A DNA stretch of 64,000 nucleotides from Gemmataceae bacterium (lineage in GTDB: Bacteria > Planctomycetota > Planctomycetia > Gemmatales > Gemmataceae). The stretch spans positions 3,665 to 67,664 of the forward strand of contig JAQGHQ010000390.1 in assembly GCA_028288765.1 (NCBI GenBank). Reading direction: 5' to 3'. Shown here piece by piece: positions 16,719 to 26,611 of the stretch. The first letter of the stretch is position 1. Each line of letters starts with the position of its first letter. A program made the position numbers and the translations under genes. The notes below the pieces were generated by a model, which made no database searches, was not told where the DNA came from, and worked only from the letters and a program-made list of their open reading frames with translations.

Positions 16719-19684
16719 GTGTCACCCGGTCCCGCCACCACCGACCCGTCGCCCGGGTCGCTCGACGAGGTCATCGCCGACTATCTCGAGGCCGAGGACC
16801 GGGGCGGGTCGTCCGACCGCGGGGCGGTCCTGGCCCGGTACCCCGAGTGGGCCGGCGAGCTGGCGGCCTTCTTCGCCGCCCAGGACCGGTTCGGTGGACT
16901 GGTCGCCCCGCTCCGGGACATCGCCCCCCGGGCCGGGCCGGAGCCGGCGGCGGCCCCGGGACGCCGCGTCGGCGGGTACGAGATCCTCGGCGAGTTCGCC
17001 CGCGGCGGCATGGGCGTGATCTACACCGCCCGGCAGGTCCAGCTCGGCCGGGTGGTCGCGTTGAAGATGATCCTGACCGGGGCACACGCCCCGGCCGAGG
17101 ACCGGCAGCGGTTCCAGCTCGAGGCCGAGGCCGCCGCCCGGCTCGACCACCCGAACATCGTCCCCGTGTACGACGTCGGGGAGGCCGACGGCCGGCCGTT
17201 CTACAGCATGAAGCTGGTCGCCGGCCGGAACCTCGCCGACCACCTCGGCGGGCGGCCGCTCCCGGCGGCCGAGGCCACCGGCCTCGTGGCCGCCGTGCCC
17301 GGGCCGTCGGGTACGCGCACGACCGCGGGGTCCTGCACCGCGACCTGAAGCCGGCGAACGTCCTGATCGAGGACGGGACCGGGACCCCGTACGTGACCGA
17401 CTTCGGCCTCGCCCGCCGGCTGGCCGATGATTCCCGGCTGACCCCGCCGGGGTACGCTCTCGGGACGCCCGCCTGCCTCGCCCCGGAACTGCTGCAGCCG
17501 GCCGCCGACCGGCCCGTCCAGCCGACCGTCGCCGGGGACGTGTACGCCCTCGGGGCGATCCTGTACGAGTGCCTGACCGGCCGGCCCCCGTTCCGGGCGG
17601 ACTCGCCTATCGGCACCCTGCTGGCAGTCCTCCGGACCAGCCCCCCGCGCCCCCGGGCCGTGGCCCCCGGGGTGCCGACGGACCTCGAAACCGTTTGCCT
17701 GAAGTGTCTCGACCGGGACCCAGCCCGGCGATACCCCCGCGCCGCGGACCTGGCGGACGAGCTGGACCGCTGGCGGCGGGGGGAGCCGGTGGTCGCGCGG
17801 CCGATCGGCTCGCTAGCCCGGTTCGGCCGGTGGTGCCGGCGGCAGCTCATCATCGCCGGTCTGGCGGGCGGGTTGGCGGTGTCGGTGGGGGTCGGACTGG
17901 CCGTCTCATACCGAGAGTGGCGCCGGGCGGAGGAGAATTACCAGACGGCCGAAGGGAACTACCAGACGGCCGAGCAGCACCGGCGGACGGCCGAGACGCG
18001 CGAGACGGAGGCGGAAGCGAACTTCTGGCTGGCGCACGACGCCGTGTGCCGGTTCTACGACGAGTTCGACGAGCGACACCTGAAGGACGTCCCGGGGTTG
18101 AAGGCCGCCCGGCGGGCGGCGCTGAAGGACGCCCGCGGGTACTTCGAGCGGTTCGTGGCCCAGGGGGGCCAGGACCCGAAGCTGCGGCGGGAGCTGGCTG
18201 CCGCTCACTTCCGGATCGCCGAGATCGACCACACCACCGGCGCGATCGCCGACGCTCTGGCCGGGTACGGGCGGGCGCTGGCGGTGTACGAAGTGCTAGC
18301 CGTCGAGACCCCGGACGACCCGAAGGTGCGGCGGAATCTGCCGCGGACGCTCCAGCGGATCGCGACCGTTCAAGCGTCGTTTCGGCCGTCGGCCGAGACC
18401 CTGCCGGTCGGCCTGCGGGCGCGGGCGCTGTTCGAAGAGCTCGCCCGACAAGAGCCGGACGACCCGGACCACCTGGTCGACCTGGCCGCGGTGCTGAACA
18501 CCCTGGGCAACGAGTACCGCAGGGTCGGCCGGGTCCGCGAGGCCGGACAGTGTTTCGAGGCCAAGATCGAGGTCTGTGGGACCCTTTTGCGGCGGTGGCC
18601 GGACCACCCTGACGGGCCGGCGCCACTGGCCCGCGGGTTCCAGAACCTCGCCTACATCGCGTCCGCCCTTGGCGCCCCGGAGATGTACGTGTGTTGGTCC
18701 CTGGCGGGGATTGGGGTGCTCGACGACCACCTGCGGCACCGTCCGGGGCACAACCCGACGCGCAAGGCCCTGGCCCGGTCCTTGCGGGACCTGGCCAGCT
18801 ACCACTGTTCCCGGAAACAGCCGGCCGAGGCGCTCGCGGTGCTGGCCCGGGCCCGGGCGCTTCTGACCGCACTGGCGACGGCCGACCCGGAGGACGTGGA
18901 CGTCCAGACCGAACTCTCGGCCCACCACCGGCAGATCGGCCACGCCCAGCTGATCGCCGGCGATGCGGCCGCGGCCGGGGCGGCGTACGACCGGGCCCGC
19001 CAGGTCGCGGAGCAGTTGACGGCCCGGCACGGCGACGTGCCCGAGTACCAGGACGAAGTCGCGAACTGCTACTTCGACCTCGGCGTTGCCCACGCGCGGC
19101 GGAACGACTGGGACGCGTCGGTCCGGGCGTTCCGGCAGGCGGCCGACATCCGCACCCGCTTGTGCGCGACCGACCCGGGGCGGGCCGCGATCCAGCATAA
19201 ACTCGGGCGGACGCTCCGGAATCTCGCCGGCCTGTACGCCCAGCGGCAGCGGCGGGACGAGGCGGCCGAGATCTACGGCCGGGCCGCAGCGGCGGACGAG
19301 GCGGCCGTCCGCGCCGCCCCGGAGTCAGCGGACAACCGCCGCGGTCTCGCTGATTGCTATGCCGGCTGGGCGACGGTCGAGCGCGAGCGGGGACGGTTCG
19401 CAGCTGCGGCGGCCGTCACGGGGCGGCGCCGCGACCTGTTCCCGGCCGAGGCCGCGGAGTTGACGGCGGCGGCCCGCGAGTTCGCCCGGATCGCCGACCG
19501 GGACACGACTCCCCTACCGCCGGCCGAAGCCGAAGCCTGTCGCCGAGCCGCCGACGCGGCCGTGGCCGCCCTCCGGGCCGCCGCCGCCCGCGACGCGGCC
19601 GGCTACGCCCGCGTCCGCCAGGAACCGGTCTTCGCCAGGCTCCGCGACCGCTTACCCGTTCTCCCTCCTTCCCCCGGAAAGTAG
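16719..19684 (+). pseudogene. Ser/Thr protein kinase with TPR repeats, one frameshift near 17297 (pseudogene or sequencing error)
   Basis: GTG abuts the sigma stop; LDEVIADYLEA N-terminus; ARGGMGVIY, VALK, HPNIV in one frame; ARAVGYAH..HRDLKPAN, DFG, GTPACLAPE, a hydrophobic segment and TPR helices in the -1 frame. Confidence 0.85.
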
Positions 19685-19688
19685 TCTC

Positions 19689-20786
19689 ATGCCGATCGCC
19701 GTCGTGTGTCAGGCGTGTCAGGCCCGGCTGAAGGCCCCGTCCGGGGCCGCCGGCAAGGCTGTCAAATGCCCTCAGTGTGGGGAGGTCATCCGCATCCCCG
19801 TCGGCCAGGCGACCGCGGTCGGTCCGAAGCCGGCGCCTCGACCCCGGCGGCTGTACGACCGGCCCCCCCCGCCCCCGTCGAAGAACTCCCGGAGGACGAC
19901 TACGAGGAACCGGCCCCGTCCCCAGGCGGTCTCGGTCCGAGGCGAACCGGACCGGCCCGGCGCGGCGCGGACGACCCGAAGAGGACGAGGACGACCGCCC
20001 GAAGAAACGCCGCCGGGACGACGACGAAGCACCGCGCCGGCAAGACAAGGCTGACCTCGGGGCGTCCATCTTGTTCGGCGAATCGCAGTGGCGGCTCAGG
20101 AAGAAAAGACCCAGCATCTTCTTCCGCGTGAAGGGCCCGTACCACTGTGACTTCTTCGGGCCCGACGGGGAGACGAAGTGGGGCTCGTCAAGGAACGATG
20201 CAACCGCTGGCTCAAGATGTTGTTCGGGGGTATTCCGGTCATCCAGCCGCTTCTGAACGTCGACCTCGAGGTGCGTGACAGCGAGGCCGATCCGGTGCTG
20301 TTCACCGTCCGCGTCCCGGGCATCCGGTTCAAATTCAACCTGCTCGCCCTCCTGGGGATCAAGGAACGACGGGTCGAAGTCGTCGCCGCCGACGGCGAGC
20401 TGATCGGGTCGTTCGTCATGAAACTGTTGACCCTGACCCCGAGTTGCCACGTCTACGACGGCCACGATGAAAAAATCGCCGACTTCAAGTTCAAGACATT
20501 AGAACTGAAAAACGGCCTTACGGCGCGGATGGTCATGCAATCGATGGACGGCAAACAGTGGGGGACCGTGACGGGCACCCAGCAAATCGATCTGACGAAG
20601 AAGATCAACGCGGGGAAGAAGGTGATCGTGACGGGCGGGTTCTTGCCGAAAGAACCCGACCTGGTGATTTCCGTCGACCCCGGCGCGGCCGATCAAGCGG
20701 CCACCAAGTTACTGCTGATGGCGGCCGGCGTCGCCATGCGCCTGTTCAACCTGCACACAATCTTCGACGACACCAAGCGGGTATGA
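19689..20786 (+). pseudogene. Zinc-ribbon + charged linker + scramblase/LURP-like protein split by three -1 frameshifts
   Basis: CQAC...CPQC; then PVEELPEDDYEE (next frame); then EEDEDDRPKKRRRDDDE...YHCDFFGPDGET (next frame); then VGLVKER...PVLFTVR...DGELIGSF...QWGTV (original frame). Confidence 0.6.
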
Positions 20787-20934
20787 AATGTCCGGCGTAA
20801 AAACGGACCCGGGTCCGCACGTGTCCCTACCCTCGGCGGGGGACGGAGCCCCACCCGGCCGGGCGCGGCCGGGTTGGTCCTGCGAAAACTTGGGGCAGCC
20901 GCAACACGGATTTCCCACTCAAGAGACACTTCTC

Positions 20935-21766
20935 ATGCGCGCGCTCGTCGCCGTCGTGGCCGCCCTCGCCCCGGCCTTGATGGCCGCCGGCTGTGGGGCC
21001 AAGCCGGCCGACCCGCCGCCGGCCGCGAACCCGGTCGAGGGACCGACCAGGTCCGCGGCCAAGCCCCCGCCGGCCGCCGGGTCCGAACCCCCCCGCACCG
21101 GCGGACCAGCCCGCTCCGGACGGCAAGCCGAAAAAGACCAAGGACAAATCCGCGGCCGCCGGGGCTGACCCGAAACCCGTTCCGGACCCGCTCGACAAGG
21201 ACATCAAGTTGATCGTCAGCGGGGAGGGCCCGGCGCGGCATTACGCCCTCAAGCGCATCAGCAACTACCCGGCCCCGGTGCCCGAGCGGCAGGCCGAGGT
21301 CGCGGCGGCACTGATGGGGCACATCGAGAAGAACGGGGACGGGTACGACGAGATGCGGGCCCTGGCGATCTGGGCCACGCCGACCGAACTGGAGAAGGTC
21401 CCGAAGTACCTCAGCCGGGGAGCCCTGACCAAGGCGGCCATCTACGTCCTCTGTAAGAAGAAGGTGGCGGGCGCGGCGAAGAAGGTGGCGGCCTTTCTGG
21501 CCGACGGCGGCGGCGACGGCAAGGCTCTCGTCCAGGCCCTGATCGAGATCGGGCCTCCGTGCGAGGAGTACGTCCTCCCGTTCCTGACCGAGGAAAACCG
21601 GGGGGCGACCCACAGGGCCCTTCAGGTGTTGGCCGAGGTCGGCGGCGAGAAAAGCCTGGAGCCGGTGCGGGCGCTGACCACGTCCAAGAAGGCCGACCTT
21701 ATTATGCCGGCCAAGATCACCCTCGCGCGGATCGAGGAGCGGCTGAACGAAGGAAAGGCGAAGTAA
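20935..21766 (+). pseudogene. Lipoprotein with Pro-rich linker and HEAT-like repeats, frameshift at the C7 run 21088-21094
   Basis: MRALVAVVAALAPALMAAGC lipobox; continues in the +1 frame as PAPADQPAPDGKPKK...ALIEIG...ALQVLAEVGGEKSL. Confidence 0.65.
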
Positions 21767-21898
21767 GCGCGATCAAGGGGAACAAAGAGTGTCGACGGGA
21801 TAACAGGATCAAGCAGGATGATTCCGAGGAACGAACCACAGAGAACACGGAGTCTGGACACACCGAGTGTTCGTTTCAAGTATTCTCGTTTATACTGT

Positions 21899-22717
21899 CT
21901 AATTCTTCTGAGCATAACGCCGGAACGACTCGATCGTCTGCTTCGCCGCGGCGAGTGAATCGGGCAGCGGCAGCACCTCGGCCGACAGGTAACCCGTGTA
22001 ACCGATCTCCCGCAGGGCCGCGACGACCGGGCCGAAGTCGGTGTGGCCCATCCCGGCCGCCCGGCGGTTCGAGTCGGCGAAGTGGACGTGCCCGACGGCC
22101 CCGCCCGCCGCGCGGATCGCGGCCGGCAGGTTCGCCTCCTCGATATTCATGTGGTACAGGTCGGCCAGGAGCTTCACGTTCGACGTGCCCAGCCCCTTTA
22201 GCAGCTCCACCCCGTCTTCCAGCCGGTTGATCAGGTTCGTCTCGTACCGGTTGAGCGGCTCGTACAGCAGCGGCAGGCCGTACTTCGCGGCGTACAGGCC
22301 GAGGTTCAGGAGCGCCTGCGACAGGTACCCGAGGGCCGCCTCGCGCGTGGTCCCGTCGGTCCACCGGCCCTGCATCGAGCCGATGATCACCGGGGCGTCG
22401 AACACGGCCGCGAAGTCGATCATCGACTCCACGAACTCCATCGCCTTCCCGTGGACGTCGGCGTCCGGGCTGGCGAGGGTGAGCTTGTGCTTCACCCACC
22501 CGGCCCCGGTGCCCACCGCCGCGACCGCCAGCCCGTTGTCGGCCAGGAGCTTCCGCAGCTCGACCGTGTCGACCGCGTCCGGGCCGGGCGGGAACACCTC
22601 GACCGCGTCGAACCCGAGCGCCTTCGCCTGCCGACATCCGGCCGCTAGGTCGTCCCAGAACACGAACGGCCCGCCCCGGGCCTCGGGGACCAGCGAGATG
22701 GTGACGGCGGATTTCAT
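21899..22717 (-). CDS. Sugar phosphate isomerase/epimerase (xylose isomerase-like TIM barrel)
   Basis: GFDAVE, EPLNRYE, DLYHM, HVHFAD.RR..G.G, SAE metal-binding pattern; start MKSAVTISL. Confidence 0.9.
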   Translation of the reverse strand: MKSAVTISLVPEARGGPFVFWDDLAAGCRQAKALGFDAVEVFPPGPDAVDTVELRKLLADNGLAVAAVGTGAGWVKHKLTLASPDADVHGKAMEFVESMIDFAAVFDAPVIIGSMQGRWTDGTTREAALGYLSQALLNLGLYAAKYGLPLLYEPLNRYETNLINRLEDGVELLKGLGTSNVKLLADLYHMNIEEANLPAAIRAAGGAVGHVHFADSNRRAAGMGHTDFGPVVAALREIGYTGYLSAEVLPLPDSLAAAKQTIESFRRYAQKN

Positions 22718-22719
22718 GA

Positions 22720-22881
22720 TTTGGTGTTTGGTGTTTGGTGTTTGGTGTTTGGTGTTTGGTGTTTGGTGTTTGGTCGTCCGATCCATATTCAGGGAACTAA
22801 ACACCGATCCGTGCTGTTGCCACTGGACTGACTCGACCGCCGGACAAGACACAAAGGGCTAAACACGAAACACCAAACACG
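22720..22881. repeat. Heptamer tandem repeat (tttggtg) x7-8 with an opposing aaacac(g/c) x3 arm
   Basis: 22720-22774 tandem tttggtg; 22861-22881 aaacacgaaacaccaaacacg is the near reverse complement. Confidence 0.85.
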
Positions 22882-23742
22882 TCAGCTCCGCACCACCGCC
22901 GCGTAATCCGCCTGGAGCTGCTGGGTGACCGGCCCGACCGGGTACTCGCGGGCGTCGATCGCGCCGACCGGCTGGACCTCCACCGCCGTCCCGGTCAGGA
23001 ACACCTCGGTCGCCTTCGCCAGCTCGTCCGGCCAGATCTCCCGCTCGACCACCTTGATCCCGCGCTTCCGGGCCAGCCCCATCACCGTCTGCCGGGTGAT
23101 CCCGTTCAGGATGCACTCGATGGTCGGGGTGTGGAGCTCGCCGTTGATGAGGAGGAACAGGTTCGCCCCGGTCGCCTCCGAGAGCCGGCCCTTGTAGTCG
23201 TGCATCAGGGCGTCCTGGTACCCGGCGGCCAGGGCCTCGTCCTTCGCCAGGGTGCAGATGATGTACAGCCCCGCGGCCTTGCTCCCGGCCGGGGCCGATT
23301 CCGGGCTCGGCCGCTTCCACCGGCTCGTCGTCAGCTTGATCGCCTTCTGCTCGTAGTACGCCCCCCACGGGAACGCGGTGATCGCGACGTGGACGTGCGT
23401 CCCCTTCGCCGACACCCCGATCACCTCCGGCCCCCGCCACGCGATCGGCCGGACGTACCCGGACTCGAGCCGGTTTTCCGCCACCACCGCCTTCGTGGCG
23501 GCGTCGATCTCCTCCGCCGAGTAGGGCAGGTCGTAGGCGAGCATTTTGGCCGACTTGATCAGCCGGGCGGAGTGCTCGGTCAGTTTGAACACCTTCCCGC
23601 CGTAGACCCGGGCGCCCTCGAACACCGCGTTCCCGTAGTGCAGGCTGTGCGTCAGGACGTGGACCCTGGCGTCCCGCCACGGGACCAGCTTGCCGTTGAA
23701 CCAGATCACGCCGTCGCGGTCGTCGAGGGGGGGACTACTCAC
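22882..23742 (-). CDS. ilvE: Branched-chain amino acid aminotransferase
   Basis: GTG start with aaggag RBS; WFNG...HSLHYGNAVFEG.R; KAAGLY; EATGANLF; ILNGITR; FLTGTAVE. Confidence 0.95.
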   Translation of the reverse strand: MSSPPLDDRDGVIWFNGKLVPWRDARVHVLTHSLHYGNAVFEGARVYGGKVFKLTEHSARLIKSAKMLAYDLPYSAEEIDAATKAVVAENRLESGYVRPIAWRGPEVIGVSAKGTHVHVAITAFPWGAYYEQKAIKLTTSRWKRPSPESAPAGSKAAGLYIICTLAKDEALAAGYQDALMHDYKGRLSEATGANLFLLINGELHTPTIECILNGITRQTVMGLARKRGIKVVEREIWPDELAKATEVFLTGTAVEVQPVGAIDAREYPVGPVTQQLQADYAAVVRS

Positions 23743-23899
23743 GGGACACTCCTTCGGATGCCACCGGGCGGGGGAGGGCTGGCGCGGGCTTGACCGGCGG
23801 GACTGTTTTTCATGATAGCACCGGCGGAACGGGCCGACACCCGCCGGCCCGGTAACTGCGTGCAGTCCGCCCGGCGGGTTGATACACTGTTCCACATAA

Positions 23900-23978
23900 C
23901 CCCTCCCCCAACCCCTCCCGCCCGACCGGGAGGGGCACGACCCCGACCCCCTTCCTTCCCCAGGAAGGAGTCTGGGAG
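23900..23978. repeat. cccctcccccaacccctccc-type palindromic repeat, intergenic
   Basis: cccctcccccaacccctccc gcccgacc gggagggg; related to the in-frame elements at 25858 and 47814. Confidence 0.55.
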
Positions 23979-24007
23979 ACAGGCTTCCCACCCGCCGGAG
24001 TTCCCCC

Positions 24008-25069
24008 GTGCTCGTCTTCGACTCCCACCTCGACCTCGGCCTGAACGCGGTCGACTGGAACCGCGACCTGCGGATGACCATCGCCGACATCCGCGTCCAG
24101 GAAACCGTGCTCGGAATGACCGACCCGGGCCGGCGGACGAACACCGTGAGCTTCCCGGAGCTGCGGGCGGGGAAGGTCGGGGTCGGGGTGGCGACCGTCC
24201 TGGCCCGGCAGGAGCGGCCGATCAACCACCCACTCGGATGTACCACCGCCGAGGCGTGCTACGCGGTGGCGATGAGCCACCTGTACTACTACCGGGCGAT
24301 GGAACGGGCCGGGTACATGCGGCCGATCCGGACCAGGCGGGACCTCCAGCAACACGTCGCGGACTGGAAGGCCGACCCGGCCGACACCCCGTTCGGGTAC
24401 ATCATCAGCATGGAGTGCGCCGACCCGGTCCTCGACCCGGACAACATCCGGGAGTGGCACGAGCACGGGCTGCGGGCGATCGGGATCACCCACTACGGGC
24501 CGAACCGGTACGGCGGCGGCACCCAGTGCGAGGTCGGGCTCGCGGTCGACGCCATCCCGCTCCTGCGGAACATCGAGGAGCTCGGGATCGCCCTCGACAT
24601 GACCCACCTGTCCGACAAGGCGTTCTGGCAGGTCGCCGACCGGTTCGGCGGGCGGGTCCTGGCGAGCCACCAGAACGCCCGGAAGTTCTGCGACTGGCAG
24701 CGGCAGTTCTCCGACGACCAGCTGAAGTACGTCATCAAGCGGGACGGGGTGATCGGGGTGGCGTTCGACGCGATCATGCTCCAGCCGGGGTGGGTCCGCG
24801 GGGTGAGCAAGCCGGAGGTCACGATCGAGCGGGCGGTCGAGAACATCGACCACGTCTGCCAGCTCGCGGGAAATTGCCGCAACGCCGGGATCGGGAGCGA
24901 CCTCGACGGCGGGTACGGGAAGGAACAGACGCCCGCCGACCTCGACACGATCGCCGACCTTCAGAAGATCCCCGATCTCCTCTCCAAACGCGGGTACAAA
25001 CAGGCCGACATCGAAGGCGTGATGCACGGCAACTGGGTCCGGTTCTTCTCCGAAGTGCTGCCGAGCTGA
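24008..25069 (+). CDS. Membrane dipeptidase (peptidase M19 family)
   Basis: DSHLD, SMECAD, THY, DMTHL, ASH.N, GIGSDLDGG. Confidence 0.92.
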   Translation: MLVFDSHLDLGLNAVDWNRDLRMTIADIRVQETVLGMTDPGRRTNTVSFPELRAGKVGVGVATVLARQERPINHPLGCTTAEACYAVAMSHLYYYRAMERAGYMRPIRTRRDLQQHVADWKADPADTPFGYIISMECADPVLDPDNIREWHEHGLRAIGITHYGPNRYGGGTQCEVGLAVDAIPLLRNIEELGIALDMTHLSDKAFWQVADRFGGRVLASHQNARKFCDWQRQFSDDQLKYVIKRDGVIGVAFDAIMLQPGWVRGVSKPEVTIERAVENIDHVCQLAGNCRNAGIGSDLDGGYGKEQTPADLDTIADLQKIPDLLSKRGYKQADIEGVMHGNWVRFFSEVLPS

Positions 25070-25079
25070 GCCAGGAATA

Positions 25080-25173
25080 CTCACCACAAAGGCACGAAGA
25101 TCACACAAAGGCCACAAAGTGATCGTCCCGTTTCTTTGTGGCCTTTGTGTGATCTTCGTGCCTTTGTGGTGAG
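25080..25173. repeat. caccac-type long hairpin repeat, copy 5 (perfect 40-bp stem, 14-nt loop)
   Basis: ctcaccacaaaggcacgaagatcacacaaaggccacaaag / exact reverse complement. Confidence 0.92.
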
Positions 25174-25183
25174 ACTGTTCCCC

Positions 25184-26602
25184 ATGCCCCAGCGCTACCT
25201 CGTCGTCGGGATCACCGCCGTCGCCGCCCTGTGGATGTACATCGACCGGGTGTGCTTCTCCACCCTCGCCGGCCCGGTCCAGACTGATCTCGGGCTGACC
25301 GACCGGGAGAAGGCCCGCATCCTCGGCGCGTTCTTCTTCTCCTACGCCCTGTTCCAGATCCCGATGGGCACCCTGGCCGACCGGTTCGGGGCCCGACTGA
25401 TTCTGACCGTGTCCATCGCCGCGTGGTCCGCGGTGACCGCCCTGACCGGGTTCGCGTGGTCGTTCGCCTCCCTGTTCGCGATCCGGCTGCTGCTCGGGGT
25501 GACCGAGGCCGGGGCGTACCCGGCGGCGGCCGGGCTGGTCAAGCGGTGGGCCCGGCCGCAAGAGCGCGGGCGGTTCAGCTCGGTGGTCGCCCTCGGCGGG
25601 CGGGTCGGCGGGGCGGTCGCCCCGTGGATGACCGGGAAGCTGTCCTTGCTCCTCGCCGGGGTCGGACTGGCCGTCTGGCTGACCGACAACCCGTCCGGCG
25701 TGAACTGGCGGGGCGTGCTCACCCTGTACGGGCTGTGCGGCATCCTGGTCGCCGGCCTGTTCTGGGTGATGGTCCGCGACCACCCGCCGGGCCAGGACTG
25801 GCTCTCTCCGGCCGAGAAGAAGGACGTTACGGTCGTCGGCGGGGATCCGGATCCGTCCCCTTCACCCCCGACCCCTCTCCCTCACCAGAAGCGGGAGGAA
25901 GACCCGGCCGACGAGTGGCACGCGATGCCGGCCGGGCCGGGCCCGCTGGCCGACGCCCCGGGCCCGGCCCGGCCGCTCACCTTCTTCCAGCGGATGCGGG
26001 CGATCACGTCCAGCCGGAACATGTGGCTCTTCGGCGGGCTCCAGTTCTGCAACAACATCCCCTGGGCCGTCCTCATCACCTTGCTGCCGGAGTACCTGGG
26101 GGTCCGCGGGGTCCCGTTCGACCAGGTCGGCGAGGTCCAGTCACTCATCCTGTTTGTCGGGTGCGGCGGGATGGTGGTGGGCGGATTCGTGACGGACGGC
26201 CTGTACCGGTGGTTCGGCCCGCGGTGGGGGCGGTCGCTGCCGATCGCGTTCAACATGTCCATGTGCGGGGTGATGTACGCCGTCCTATCCTCGTCGCCTG
26301 TTTTGTGGGTGGTGATCGCCGCGTTCGCCCTCGTGGCCCTCTTCCAGGATCTCGGCATTCCGTCCGTGTGGGCGGTCGCCCAGGACGTCGGCGGACGGAA
26401 CGTCGGGGCCGCCCTCGGGTGGGGGAACATGCTCGGCAACCTAGGGGCCGCCCTGTCCCCGATTCTGATCACCGAGGTCCGCCTGGCCGGCGGGTGGACC
26501 GCCGCGTTCGTTGTGTGCGCCGCCTGCTACTTCGCTTCCGCCGCGTCCGGGTTCCTGCTCGACGCGACCAAGCCCGTCGAAGAAGACGGGCCGCAGAGGT
26601 AA
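25184..26602 (+). CDS. MFS transporter (anion:cation symporter-like)
   Basis: MYIDRVCFS, FFFSYALFQIP.G.LADRFG.R, GVTEAGAYP, ERG, WRG, GWGNMLGNLG; about 12 hydrophobic segments. Confidence 0.92.
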   Translation: MPQRYLVVGITAVAALWMYIDRVCFSTLAGPVQTDLGLTDREKARILGAFFFSYALFQIPMGTLADRFGARLILTVSIAAWSAVTALTGFAWSFASLFAIRLLLGVTEAGAYPAAAGLVKRWARPQERGRFSSVVALGGRVGGAVAPWMTGKLSLLLAGVGLAVWLTDNPSGVNWRGVLTLYGLCGILVAGLFWVMVRDHPPGQDWLSPAEKKDVTVVGGDPDPSPSPPTPLPHQKREEDPADEWHAMPAGPGPLADAPGPARPLTFFQRMRAITSSRNMWLFGGLQFCNNIPWAVLITLLPEYLGVRGVPFDQVGEVQSLILFVGCGGMVVGGFVTDGLYRWFGPRWGRSLPIAFNMSMCGVMYAVLSSSPVLWVVIAAFALVALFQDLGIPSVWAVAQDVGGRNVGAALGWGNMLGNLGAALSPILITEVRLAGGWTAAFVVCAACYFASAASGFLLDATKPVEEDGPQR

Positions 26603-26611
26603 CCGCCCCCG

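Noticed and set aside
16470-21094. Programmed ribosomal frameshifting as the explanation for the split genes
   Set aside because: I saw no canonical slippery heptamer with a downstream structure at most sites, and these families are normally continuous ORFs. Error or decay is more parsimonious.
4002-25173. Repeat-spacer-like look of the caccac hairpins suggesting CRISPR
   Set aside because: Copies are dispersed inverted repeats kilobases apart, not regularly spaced direct repeats, and there are no cas genes.
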